DNA of 64,000 nucleotides from NCBI GenBank assembly GCA_965116495.1, contig OZ220696.1, positions 1,152,001-1,216,000 of the forward strand, read 5' to 3'. The translations under genes were made by a program, and so were the position numbers. Positions 55,759 to 64,000 of the stretch are shown here, one piece after another. The notes beneath the pieces are model-generated. The model did no database searches. It was not told the origin of the DNA and worked only from the letters and a program-made list of their open reading frames with translations. Within the stretch, counting starts at the first letter, position 1, and every line of letters begins with the position of its first letter. The stretch comes from Gammaproteobacteria bacterium. GTDB taxonomy: Bacteria; Pseudomonadota; Gammaproteobacteria; Eutrophobiales; Eutrophobiaceae.

Positions 55759-56092
55759 TTTTTTGCCTCCAGAATACCACCAGCTTTTCGACTACTTTAG
55801 CCAGAAGATTTCTTTCCGTTTTCGACAAACCGGCTTTTTCGTTCTTGCCAAATGCCGTCAGCAGATACAGCGGCATAGTTTCATCATAAAAATAATAAAC
55901 AACACGGATTCCACCACTTTTACCCCTACCAGACCGCGCCCAGCGCAGTTTACGAATACCTCCGCTTCCCTCCATAATCACTCCGGCACAGGGATGCTCA
56001 GAGAGATAAGTGATCAAATCTTCTCGTTCACTATCCGACAGTAAACGAGATACTTTCCTTTGAAACATCCTTGTCTCAGCAACAGTAATCAT
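55739..56092 (-). CDS. RelE/HigB-family toxin
   Basis: GSGGIRKLRW...GKSGGIRVVYY, KNEKA; toxin precedes antitoxin. Confidence 0.9.
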   Translation of the reverse strand: MITVAETRMFQRKVSRLLSDSEREDLITYLSEHPCAGVIMEGSGGIRKLRWARSGRGKSGGIRVVYYFYDETMPLYLLTAFGKNEKAGLSKTERNLLAKVVEKLVVFWRQKNGQSIH

Positions 56093-56172
56093 ACAACGAT
56101 AATATGCTACAATGGAGTACTATTCAATGAATATTTTCGAGCGTGCTCATCCGTGCTTGAGATTGTTGCCAT

Positions 56173-56619
56173 CTACATCAGACCCCGTTCGGCCATGGAC
56201 GTCACGGTCTTGTCCCCGACAACGAGACGGTCCAGCACGCGCACGTCCACCAGGGACAGGGCCTGGGTCAGCTTGACGGTAATCTGCCGGTCGGCCTGGC
56301 TCGGCTCGGCGATGCCGGAGGGGTGGTTGTGGGAGAAGATGATGGCTGCGGCATTCAGCTGCAGGCAGCGATTCACCACCTCGCGCGGGTACACGCTGGC
56401 GCCGTCGATGGTCCCGGTGAACAGAATCTCGTTACTGATGATGCGGTGGCGGTTATCCAGGAACAGGCAGGCGAACACCTCCTGCTCGAAACGGCTCAAC
56501 CAGGCCCTGAGGTAGTTCTTGGTCTTGTCCGGGTTGCTCAGCACCGGGTGGTCACGGGCCTCTGCAAGGTGCAGCGGGTGAACCGGGCCGGGGTAGAGTG
56601 CGGGCACCGATGCCGGCAT
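56173..56619 (-). CDS. radC: RadC-like JAB-domain protein (N-terminus probably truncated)
   Basis: [27 protein letters not shown]...PS.AD; DR in place of the usual DH. Confidence 0.8.
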   Translation of the reverse strand: MPASVPALYPGPVHPLHLAEARDHPVLSNPDKTKNYLRAWLSRFEQEVFACLFLDNRHRIISNEILFTGTIDGASVYPREVVNRCLQLNAAAIIFSHNHPSGIAEPSQADRQITVKLTQALSLVDVRVLDRLVVGDKTVTSMAERGLM

Positions 56620-57163
56620 AGGTCGCCGGCGCAGCGACCGCCGGTTGGATGAAACGGACTGTGTTGGCGTGTTATTTGTTCATACGGAGAACATCACACA
56701 CAGTCGGCAACCATGCTTTCCGGTAATGAGCGAAACCACAAATCTCCAAGCGTTTTTCTCAACATCCACGCCACCACGTCAGCGTTCTGAATGGGACATG
56801 ACTTGTTTATGCCGTTGGATGAGCCTGGACCAGCAGGTGCTGTCCGGATTGTCGGTAAGGGGATTGGAGGTTTGGGCCGAGAACACGTCCGCGTTGTCGG
56901 GCGGCCTTAACACCAGGGTCGGACTGATGTGGTGTCGGTCACGCAGGTGTCGTCCTTGCGGCAGTCATCATCGATAATCTAATCCGTATGGCGTTTTGCA
57001 TGTTCATTCGTCGGGTAACTATAAACACCCTGAACTTGGTAAACTTACATACTCGGTTGAAGGTTGCTGTCATAAGTTGGCAATGTTTTCAGCCATGTCT
57101 TCCGGTAACACCTTCCAATAACGTATTTGATAATATAGTATCAATCGATTAGACTAATAACTC

Positions 57164-57457
57164 ATGATTGATAGCATACTTTCACAGTATCAGTTGCCGG
57201 GTGATATCCAGCATTCGTTGTCGGCCTCGTTCAGGACCGCGCGGCAATTCAGAAAGCACAGCCGCAAAGAGGCAAGCAGCCGGAGCGGTGTGCCGGAGGG
57301 GACTATTCGGCGATTCGAGGATACCGGCGAGATATCATTGAGACAGCTGCTGATGTTGTGTGATGTTTACGGCAGTCTTATCACCGCCAGCTCGATGTTT
57401 CCGAAACCTGAGCCACAAAGCATGGACGAGCTGATTGCGATGGGTAATTCCAAATGA
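57164..57457 (+). CDS. HipB-like HTH antitoxin
   Basis: SGVPEGTIRRFEDTGEISL; ATGA overlap with hipA. Confidence 0.82.
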   Translation: MIDSILSQYQLPGDIQHSLSASFRTARQFRKHSRKEASSRSGVPEGTIRRFEDTGEISLRQLLMLCDVYGSLITASSMFPKPEPQSMDELIAMGNSK

Positions 57458-58806
57458 AACTGCTGACTGTCCTCTACCACGGTTTCGGCGCAGGCAAGCC
57501 AATGAGAATGGGGCGTCTGGCCTGGCATGAACAGCATGCCTGGTTTGAGTTTTCGGCAGACTTTCTGCAACACAACACCTACCCGTCTCCTTTTTTCCTT
57601 AAGTTGACAACAAAATTACAGAAGGGGCCAACAAAGCCCTTCAACGGATTGCATGGATTATTCAGCGATTCCCTGCCGGATGGCTGGGGGCTTTATCTCA
57701 TGGACAAGGCGTTCAGACAGACCGGACGAGACCTTGCCGCGATCACCCCGCTTGACAGGTTAGCCTATGTGGGCAATCGAGCAATGGGGGCAATATCGTA
57801 TGAACCGGATGAGATGGAAAACGCAGAACGCGACGGGAGTATGGAGCTGGATATGGCGACAGTCGGACATGAAGCGACCAATTTGTACCTGGGGGAACTC
57901 TCGGACGTGCTGGCGCATCATGCAATTAATGGGACGCCCTCTGCCGGGGCCAGGCCGAAAATCCTCATCGGCATAAGTGGTGACAGCGCGATTGAGGGCG
58001 CCGGCGATCTCCCGTCTGGCTATGCCCATTGGCTGGCCAAGTTCCCAACTGGACGAACACCCGATAAAAAAACGGAAGGCACTATAGAGTATATCTACGC
58101 GCTGATGGCCCGCCGGGCCGGCATCAATATGAGTGAAACAAGGCTTTCACCCAACCGGGACGGCAATGCGTATTTCATGACGCGCCGCTTTGACAGAACG
58201 GCGGGTAACCGTCGTCACCATGTGCACAGTGTGGCCGGTATGTTGAACACGGACTTCAGGATCGCCAACCTTGACTACAAGGACCTCATAAAACTGTGTG
58301 GCTTGCTGACACATTCCCATACGGAGAAGGTAGAGCTGTTCCGGCGCATGGTCTTCAATGTGTTATCCGGCAACCGGGATGACCATACAAGGAATTTCGC
58401 CTTCATGTTGACGGACAAAAACGAATGGGTCAATACGCCGGCGTATGACGTCACCTGGTCCCGGGGGATGGTCGGCGAACATACCATGAGCGTTAACGGA
58501 AAGGGCAAGGATATCCGTCTTGATGATATTCGTGCTGTCGCCAGGACTTCATCGATAACCGGACAGGATGTGAACAGCGTCGTTGATAGCGTCATGGAAG
58601 CGGTTTCCGGCTGGCATTCCTTGGCACTGCAATACGATGTGCCGTCTGAACAACGCCAGGACATACAGCAATATTTGTTGCGTCAGCAGCGCGCGCTCTC
58701 AACCGCAGCCGTGTCCGTTTCACCGGTAGAAAACGATACCTATCACATGGAACACATAACAGACAAGGACGACGTGTCTGAGCCTTCGATGGAGCGCCAA
58801 GCGTAA
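57454..58806 (+). CDS. hipA: HipA-family kinase toxin
   Basis: DSLPDGWG, GARPK, RFDR, NRDDHTRNF, PAYD. Confidence 0.92.
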   Translation: MKLLTVLYHGFGAGKPMRMGRLAWHEQHAWFEFSADFLQHNTYPSPFFLKLTTKLQKGPTKPFNGLHGLFSDSLPDGWGLYLMDKAFRQTGRDLAAITPLDRLAYVGNRAMGAISYEPDEMENAERDGSMELDMATVGHEATNLYLGELSDVLAHHAINGTPSAGARPKILIGISGDSAIEGAGDLPSGYAHWLAKFPTGRTPDKKTEGTIEYIYALMARRAGINMSETRLSPNRDGNAYFMTRRFDRTAGNRRHHVHSVAGMLNTDFRIANLDYKDLIKLCGLLTHSHTEKVELFRRMVFNVLSGNRDDHTRNFAFMLTDKNEWVNTPAYDVTWSRGMVGEHTMSVNGKGKDIRLDDIRAVARTSSITGQDVNSVVDSVMEAVSGWHSLALQYDVPSEQRQDIQQYLLRQQRALSTAAVSVSPVENDTYHMEHITDKDDVSEPSMERQA

Positions 58807-59163
58807 TACCAGGCTTTGTTGGTACCATTCTGCGACCTTGCACCCTGTCGCCATTAGTTTAAAACCGCCGCTCTCCCTTCTATAATCCGCCCAACGTTCT
58901 TGTCCCAGCGAATATTATTTGACTCCACTCTTAAAACCGGGCCATTTCAAACTGTACCTGTTTCGGACTCACATATAATGATTCAGAAGCTCAATGTCAT
59001 GGGTGAAAATGTCCGCCGACAGGTAAAACGGCTGTTCTTGGGAATAACCGTCCCGATAGTCGGCAATCACTCGAACGATACTATTGTTCATGGTTGAATA
59101 TTATATAATCAGGAATAATTTCCTTACGAGTAAAATACTACCCAAATCTCGCCGTTTCGTTAA

Positions 59164-62100
59164 ATGACTGCTGAACAAACCCTTTGGGGGACAGAGGCAT
59201 CCCCTTATAACCTCAATCCTCCTGATAACTCACTGTGGTGGTTGATTAAACGTCTCTATGGCGAAGGCTATGATTTGAGTGACGCAGCAGTTACTGAGGC
59301 AATCAACTCGTATACAAGAAACTTCACAGTCCCAATCCGGAATGGTGTCATTACCGTTCACATCGAATCATTGCCGCCCGAGCAACAACAGGTCGCTTTA
59401 CGCGCAACCGAATCCTGGGCGATGCTTATCGGCCATACTGTTACCATCGATAACCGCTCTGTCAATGATAACCATGCGCCCGTGCTGCTTTTTACCAATG
59501 AAGATGCCTACAGCGCAACAGGAAGCAATTATATTGCCGGTTATGGAAGAGGATACGACAGGCTGAGTGGCATGTGGGAAATCACCGGCACAATAAATGT
59601 GCCAACAAGTTTCTACGACGCTACAAACAGCATATCTGCCTATATTCATGAAATCGGTCACTCTCTCAGTCTTGATCATCCTGGCCCATATACTGTTACC
59701 GGTGACCAGAGCACATTTATAAACGGCGACCCCCTGGACCGATTCGATGCGCGCGTTTTGTCCAATGACCACGACCGTTTCACCGTCTTGACCTATTTCC
59801 CCCCACTGGATGAAGAAAACCGTGAAATCCCATATGAACCCGTTACCCCGATGCTCGCAGATATCCTGATCATTCAATTGCTGTACGGCAAGGGAGAAAA
59901 AATCCACCACGGCGATACGGTGTATGGCGTCAATGCCGATACCGGTTCCTTCCTGGAACACTACTTTCCGGACATGGCTGAAGAAAACTACGCGCTGACC
60001 CTGGTGGATACCGGTGGTTATGACACACTGGACTTCTCCGACCACGACCCCGCGGCACACGATCAAACACTGCGCATTAACCTGAACCCCTACTGGAGTT
60101 CGGATGTGTATAACACGCCGGGTAATGTCATCATCGGCCCCGACACCTGGATTGAGCGGGCCGTAGGCGGTGCGGGTGATGATCACATTACCGGCAATAT
60201 CATTGACAATGATCTCGTCGGCAATGCCGGTGATGACACGTTGCTGGGTGGGCCCGGCAACGACACACTGCACGGTGGACCCGGTCGCGACATCCTGGAC
60301 GGGCACACCGGATCGGACACCGCCGATTACTCGGACTCCCCTGTGGGAATAGATGTAAATCTGGACACCGGCACGGCCCGAGGGGGCGATGCGGCCGGTG
60401 ACACGTTGATTTCCATCGAAAATCTCACCGGTTCATCTTACCGGGACACCTTGACCGGCGATGCCAACGATAACATCCTGGGGGGTGGGGCAGGCGCTGA
60501 CCGGTTGGACGGCGGACCAGGCCAGGACACTGCCGCTTATACTACCTCTGACAACCGGGTTCAGATAAACCTGGCCACAGGCAGCATCAGCGGCGGTGAT
60601 GCCGCGGGCGATACGTTCCTGTCCATTGAAAACCTGGCGGGCTCCGGACACAACGACAGTTTAACCGGCGATGCCGGCGATAACGTCCTTACGGGGGAGG
60701 CAGGCGCTGACGTTCTGGTTGGCGGGCCAGGTATTGATACGGCGAGTTACCTGAGCTCTGATACGTCAGTCACCGTGCGCCTGCATGCCTTGCTGGCCAC
60801 CGGTGGCGATGCAGAAGGAGATGTTTTCGGCGTCACCATGACCGTCTCCTACATGCAACCCGACGGCGCGACGGCAACCGAAACCGTGCCCGATATCGAG
60901 AACCTGGCCGGCTCAGACTACGACGATATCCTGGCTGGCGACCGGCGGGATAACGTCTTAAACGGTTACGCCGGTCACGACAAACTGTACGGCGGCCCGG
61001 GCGGTGGCGATGATACGCTGTCAGGTGGCAGCGGTGATGATTCCCTGTATGGCGGGCTTGGTATGGATTTACTCGTCGGTGAAGGTGGCCACGACGCCCT
61101 TATTGGCGGGGCGGGGAATGACACCCTGGACGGTGGTGACGGTGATGATACCTTGCGGGGTGGGTCGGGCGCAGATGTCTTGATGGGTGGCGCCGGTCTC
61201 GACCGTGCCGATTATTCCGACTCGGACAATGCCGTCACCGTACGCCTGCACTCGCTGGCTAGCGCGGGCGGTGATGCGCAGGGAGATATCTTCGGCAACA
61301 CCATCCCCGTTGCCTACCGGCGGGCCGACGGGAGTACCGGGGTCGAGTCATTGCCTGACATTGAGCACCTGACGGGATCAGCGCATAACGACATCCTGGC
61401 GGGTGACCGGCGAGATAACGTCCTCATCGGCGGTGGCGGTGACGATATCTTGTATGGTGGGCCCGGAGGGGGCAACGACACCCTGTTCGGAAACAATGGC
61501 AACGATACCTTGTACGGCGGATTGGGTGATGACGTACTGAACGGAGAAGCCGGTGATGACCAACTCAAAGGTGGCGCCGGCAACGATATCCTGAAAGGCG
61601 GGACAGGGCGCAATACTCTGGATGGCGGCACGGGTCGGGATAGCGCGAGTTTTGAATTTGCCGCCGCCGGCATCACGGCAAACCTTGATGACCCAGCGGA
61701 ATCGGATAACCTGGTCAGACAGAATACGCTGGTTTCCATCGAGAACCTGACCGGGTCAAACTACGGCGACACGTTAATCGGCGATGCAGGTGATAACGTT
61801 CTTGCCGGCCTGAACGGGGACGATGCATTACATGGAGGCCCAGGGGATGACGTGTTACGCGGCGGGCCCGGCGCCGATGTCCTGGATGGCGGCGACGGCA
61901 TGGACACCGCCGATTACAGCCAGGCCACGTCCGGCATCCTGCACACGGAAGGGGATACACTGAACGACGTCGAAATTATCATCGGTTCGGACTATCGCGA
62001 CCACCTGTTCGGTCCCGACACCCAACCGCATGAGTCGTATGCTTCAACAGGAACGTATACTTTCTATCGGAGCAGAACCAGCGAAGATATTACCATTCAA

Positions 62101-62550
62101 GGCGGCAAAGGTAATGACAGTATCCACTCCAACACCGGCAACGACACCTTGTACGGTGGGCCGGGCAATGATTGGATTACAAGCACGGGGGGTGATAATA
62201 CCCTCTACGGTGGACCGGGCAATGATCAACTAAGCACAGACGAAGAAGGCTATAACACCATCCATCCCGGCACAGGGGATAACCGAATCTACCTCGGAGA
62301 AGGAGCCGACACAGTGGTTATCGCACTGAAACCGGATGTTACAAGGGGTGGAATAGACCATATTGATGGGTTCGACCCCTTTGAAGACACGATAGACCTG
62401 ACCGCGTTCAACCTGGACGATGATTATGAACTGAACCTTTTCCTGAATGCCAACGACGCTATGGAACTGGATCTCACGGACGTCGGCGGCGGTAGTATCT
62501 GGTTCCTGGACATCACCGATCCACTGCCGGATGAGGTGTTCATCATCTAA
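59164..62550 (+). CDS. Serralysin-like (M10) domain with extensive RTX Ca-binding repeats
   Basis: HEIGHSLSLDH, TPMLADI..IQ.LYG, DTGGYDTLDFS; many GGxGxD nonapeptides; no Sec signal. Confidence 0.88.
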   Translation: MTAEQTLWGTEASPYNLNPPDNSLWWLIKRLYGEGYDLSDAAVTEAINSYTRNFTVPIRNGVITVHIESLPPEQQQVALRATESWAMLIGHTVTIDNRSVNDNHAPVLLFTNEDAYSATGSNYIAGYGRGYDRLSGMWEITGTINVPTSFYDATNSISAYIHEIGHSLSLDHPGPYTVTGDQSTFINGDPLDRFDARVLSNDHDRFTVLTYFPPLDEENREIPYEPVTPMLADILIIQLLYGKGEKIHHGDTVYGVNADTGSFLEHYFPDMAEENYALTLVDTGGYDTLDFSDHDPAAHDQTLRINLNPYWSSDVYNTPGNVIIGPDTWIERAVGGAGDDHITGNIIDNDLVGNAGDDTLLGGPGNDTLHGGPGRDILDGHTGSDTADYSDSPVGIDVNLDTGTARGGDAAGDTLISIENLTGSSYRDTLTGDANDNILGGGAGADRLDGGPGQDTAAYTTSDNRVQINLATGSISGGDAAGDTFLSIENLAGSGHNDSLTGDAGDNVLTGEAGADVLVGGPGIDTASYLSSDTSVTVRLHALLATGGDAEGDVFGVTMTVSYMQPDGATATETVPDIENLAGSDYDDILAGDRRDNVLNGYAGHDKLYGGPGGGDDTLSGGSGDDSLYGGLGMDLLVGEGGHDALIGGAGNDTLDGGDGDDTLRGGSGADVLMGGAGLDRADYSDSDNAVTVRLHSLASAGGDAQGDIFGNTIPVAYRRADGSTGVESLPDIEHLTGSAHNDILAGDRRDNVLIGGGGDDILYGGPGGGNDTLFGNNGNDTLYGGLGDDVLNGEAGDDQLKGGAGNDILKGGTGRNTLDGGTGRDSASFEFAAAGITANLDDPAESDNLVRQNTLVSIENLTGSNYGDTLIGDAGDNVLAGLNGDDALHGGPGDDVLRGGPGADVLDGGDGMDTADYSQATSGILHTEGDTLNDVEIIIGSDYRDHLFGPDTQPHESYASTGTYTFYRSRTSEDITIQGGKGNDSIHSNTGNDTLYGGPGNDWITSTGGDNTLYGGPGNDQLSTDEEGYNTIHPGTGDNRIYLGEGADTVVIALKPDVTRGGIDHIDGFDPFEDTIDLTAFNLDDDYELNLFLNANDAMELDLTDVGGGSIWFLDITDPLPDEVFII

Positions 62551-62923
62551 GATCAACAGGGACGAAAACGCGAAATGCTCAAATTCATCAAGATGCACCA
62601 TCTGACTGATGATGAATACGGAGCGCTGTAATCGTATCTGATAAGGTGCGTGTCCTGCTGCAAGAACTATATTGGGCTCGCATATGCAGACCTCATCTGT
62701 CATACCTGACAGGGTCGTGGGAAAGCGGGCTGATTACAGACCCTGATAAAGGCGGTACTGCCCTGTCGTCTTATCGGTTGTCATCCGCTGAGCAAAGTTC
62801 ATTTCAAGGGGGGGCTAACAAGTTGAACGTCATCCAGGCTACCAGCCAGGATCAACGTTCCGGCGTGCATGGAATTGGACTTGGCCAGGCCAAACTCTAT
62901 TTCATACACGAGAGAGACAAGGT

Positions 62924-63025
62924 CTACTCGGTGCGGTCGCGCCGGGCGAGGAACCGGGCCAACCAGAGCATGGCCAGGCCGCCCAGTACCGCCGCGAGCG
63001 CTGCAACAGCAAGGGCTGTATTCAT
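62924..63025 (-). CDS. Small single-TM protein (33 aa; not in the ORF track)
   Basis: MNTALAVAALAAVLGGLAMLWLARFLARRDRTE; GGAG RBS; starts 1 bp after the upstream stop. Confidence 0.5.
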   Translation of the reverse strand: MNTALAVAALAAVLGGLAMLWLARFLARRDRTE

Positions 63026-63026
63026 A

Positions 63027-63194
63027 TCAGTTCTCCAGGCTGGCGGCCCAGATCAAGGCCAAACCGCCCAACGTAATCCCCAGGCTGAGTGGACCCTGGT
63101 CGGCGTTAAATACGCCAGTGACAAGGCCCGTGGCCGTCACGACAACGCCGACTTGTCGTAATGCCGCACTGAGGTGGTCAAAATTTGGTTTCAT
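63027..63194 (-). CDS. Small two-TM protein (55 aa)
   Basis: MKPNFDHLSAALRQVGVVV...LIWAASLEN; ATG 63194 preferred over the 180-aa track ORF. Confidence 0.5.
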   Translation of the reverse strand: MKPNFDHLSAALRQVGVVVTATGLVTGVFNADQGPLSLGITLGGLALIWAASLEN

Positions 63195-63430
63195 CTTTGC
63201 CAAAGTATAACACAGGGCATTCACCAGGTTATCAGAAACAAGGCCGAATCCAGGATCTGGCCATGTCGCTACAGCGTCTCCCCGCCCCCCACCACACCTT
63301 GCAAGGCCAAACCAGTCCGCTGAGAACCAGAATAGCCTGTTGCCCCCTTTTCTGTCCGGCAGCTTTCTATAGCACTCTCTGTGCTCTCTGTTGCGATAAT
63401 ATGGCGGATCCGCTATAATCAGGAACGAAC

Positions 63431-63798
63431 ATGGAAGAATATAAATATATAGAGTGGGTCGGATCGAGTAAAAACGACTTGAAGAAGTTTCCAGCTTATG
63501 TGAAAGATCAGGTCGGTTTTGCCCTTTATCAAGCCCAAATGGGACTAAAACACCGTAATGTGAAATCACTCAGGAATATTGGTTCCAATGTCCTGGAAAT
63601 AGTCTCACGGTATGATGGCAACACTTACCGGGTAGTGTACACAGTTCAGTTCAGTTCAGGAGGGTTGTTTATGTATTACATACTTTCCAGAAGAAGGCCA
63701 AGAGAGGTATATCGACACCAAAGCAGGATATCGATCTGATTAAGCGCAGACTAAAAGCAGCGGCCCAACACTACAAAATCACCTATAGTGAAGATTAG
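63431..63798 (+). pseudogene. RelE/ParE (Gp49-like) toxin frameshifted by an extra CAGTT unit
   Basis: Removing 5 bp at 63642-63656 restores ...VYTVQFRRVVYVLHTFQKKAKRGISTPKQDIDLIKRRLK. Confidence 0.85.
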
Positions 63799-63802
63799 TT
63801 TA

Positions 63803-64000
63803 ATGAATATAGAGAAAATAAAGCTCGAACGTAGTAGCGGTAATGTGTTTACAGACCTGGAACACCCTGACGCCGAGGTTCACCTGTTAAAGGCAGAACT
63901 CGTCATCCGCATTGACAAAATCATACGCCAGCGTAGGCTCAAACAGGTTGAAGCGGCGAAATTGCTTGGATTGTCCCAGCCCGACATTTCGCGACTCCTG
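63803..64000 (+). CDS. XRE-family HTH antitoxin (runs off the window end)
   Basis: SSGNVFTDL...LKAEL...LKQVEAAKLLGLSQPDISRL. Confidence 0.85.
   Translation, partial: MNIEKIKLERSSGNVFTDLEHPDAEVHLLKAELVIRIDKIIRQRRLKQVEAAKLLGLSQPDISRLL

Noticed and set aside
62810-62862. attC-like site (GCTAAC plus hairpin)
   Set aside because: No matching GTTRRRY end in the right geometry and no integron integrase
62646-63161. 171-aa plus-strand ORF
   Set aside because: No motifs; overlaps the better-supported small minus-strand ORFs
63195-63569. Long N-terminal extension of the ORF ending at 63027
   Set aside because: Would overlap the toxin gene antisense; ATG 63194 gives a coherent small protein

Overview
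Proteobacterial (probably gammaproteobacterial) chromosomal window in three blocks. (1) 1-10.6 kb: housekeeping genes (lpxH end, ampE, ampD, nadC, folE) interleaved with a C1/methylotrophy module: a NarL-type two-component system, divergent fchA/mtdA, and a TonB-dependent receptor carrying a 55-aa Asp/Asn/Gly/His repeat loop. (2) 10.6-53.9 kb: an accessory catabolic island that opens with an IS1182-family element and a 261-bp MITE stacked at one CTAG site. It encodes a UbiD decarboxylase with hydantoinase/oxoprolinase A/B and an FAD oxidoreductase, two Rieske-type proteins (one lacking two of its four cluster ligands), an acyl-CoA module, a ureohydrolase, an amidinotransferase-fold enzyme, two LLM oxidoreductases, a P450, two TPR-sulfotransferases, four MFS transporters, a second TonB receptor, GntR and Lrp/AsnC regulators with candidate operators, and several small remnants of lost paralogues. 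(3) 53.9-64 kb: an orphan DNA methyltransferase, three type II TA pairs (one toxin frameshifted by a 5-bp duplication), a RadC fragment and a serralysin-like RTX protein with a non-canonical active site. I saw no rRNA, tRNA or CRISPR array. All calls come from motif reading and recalled family knowledge; no database searches were run.
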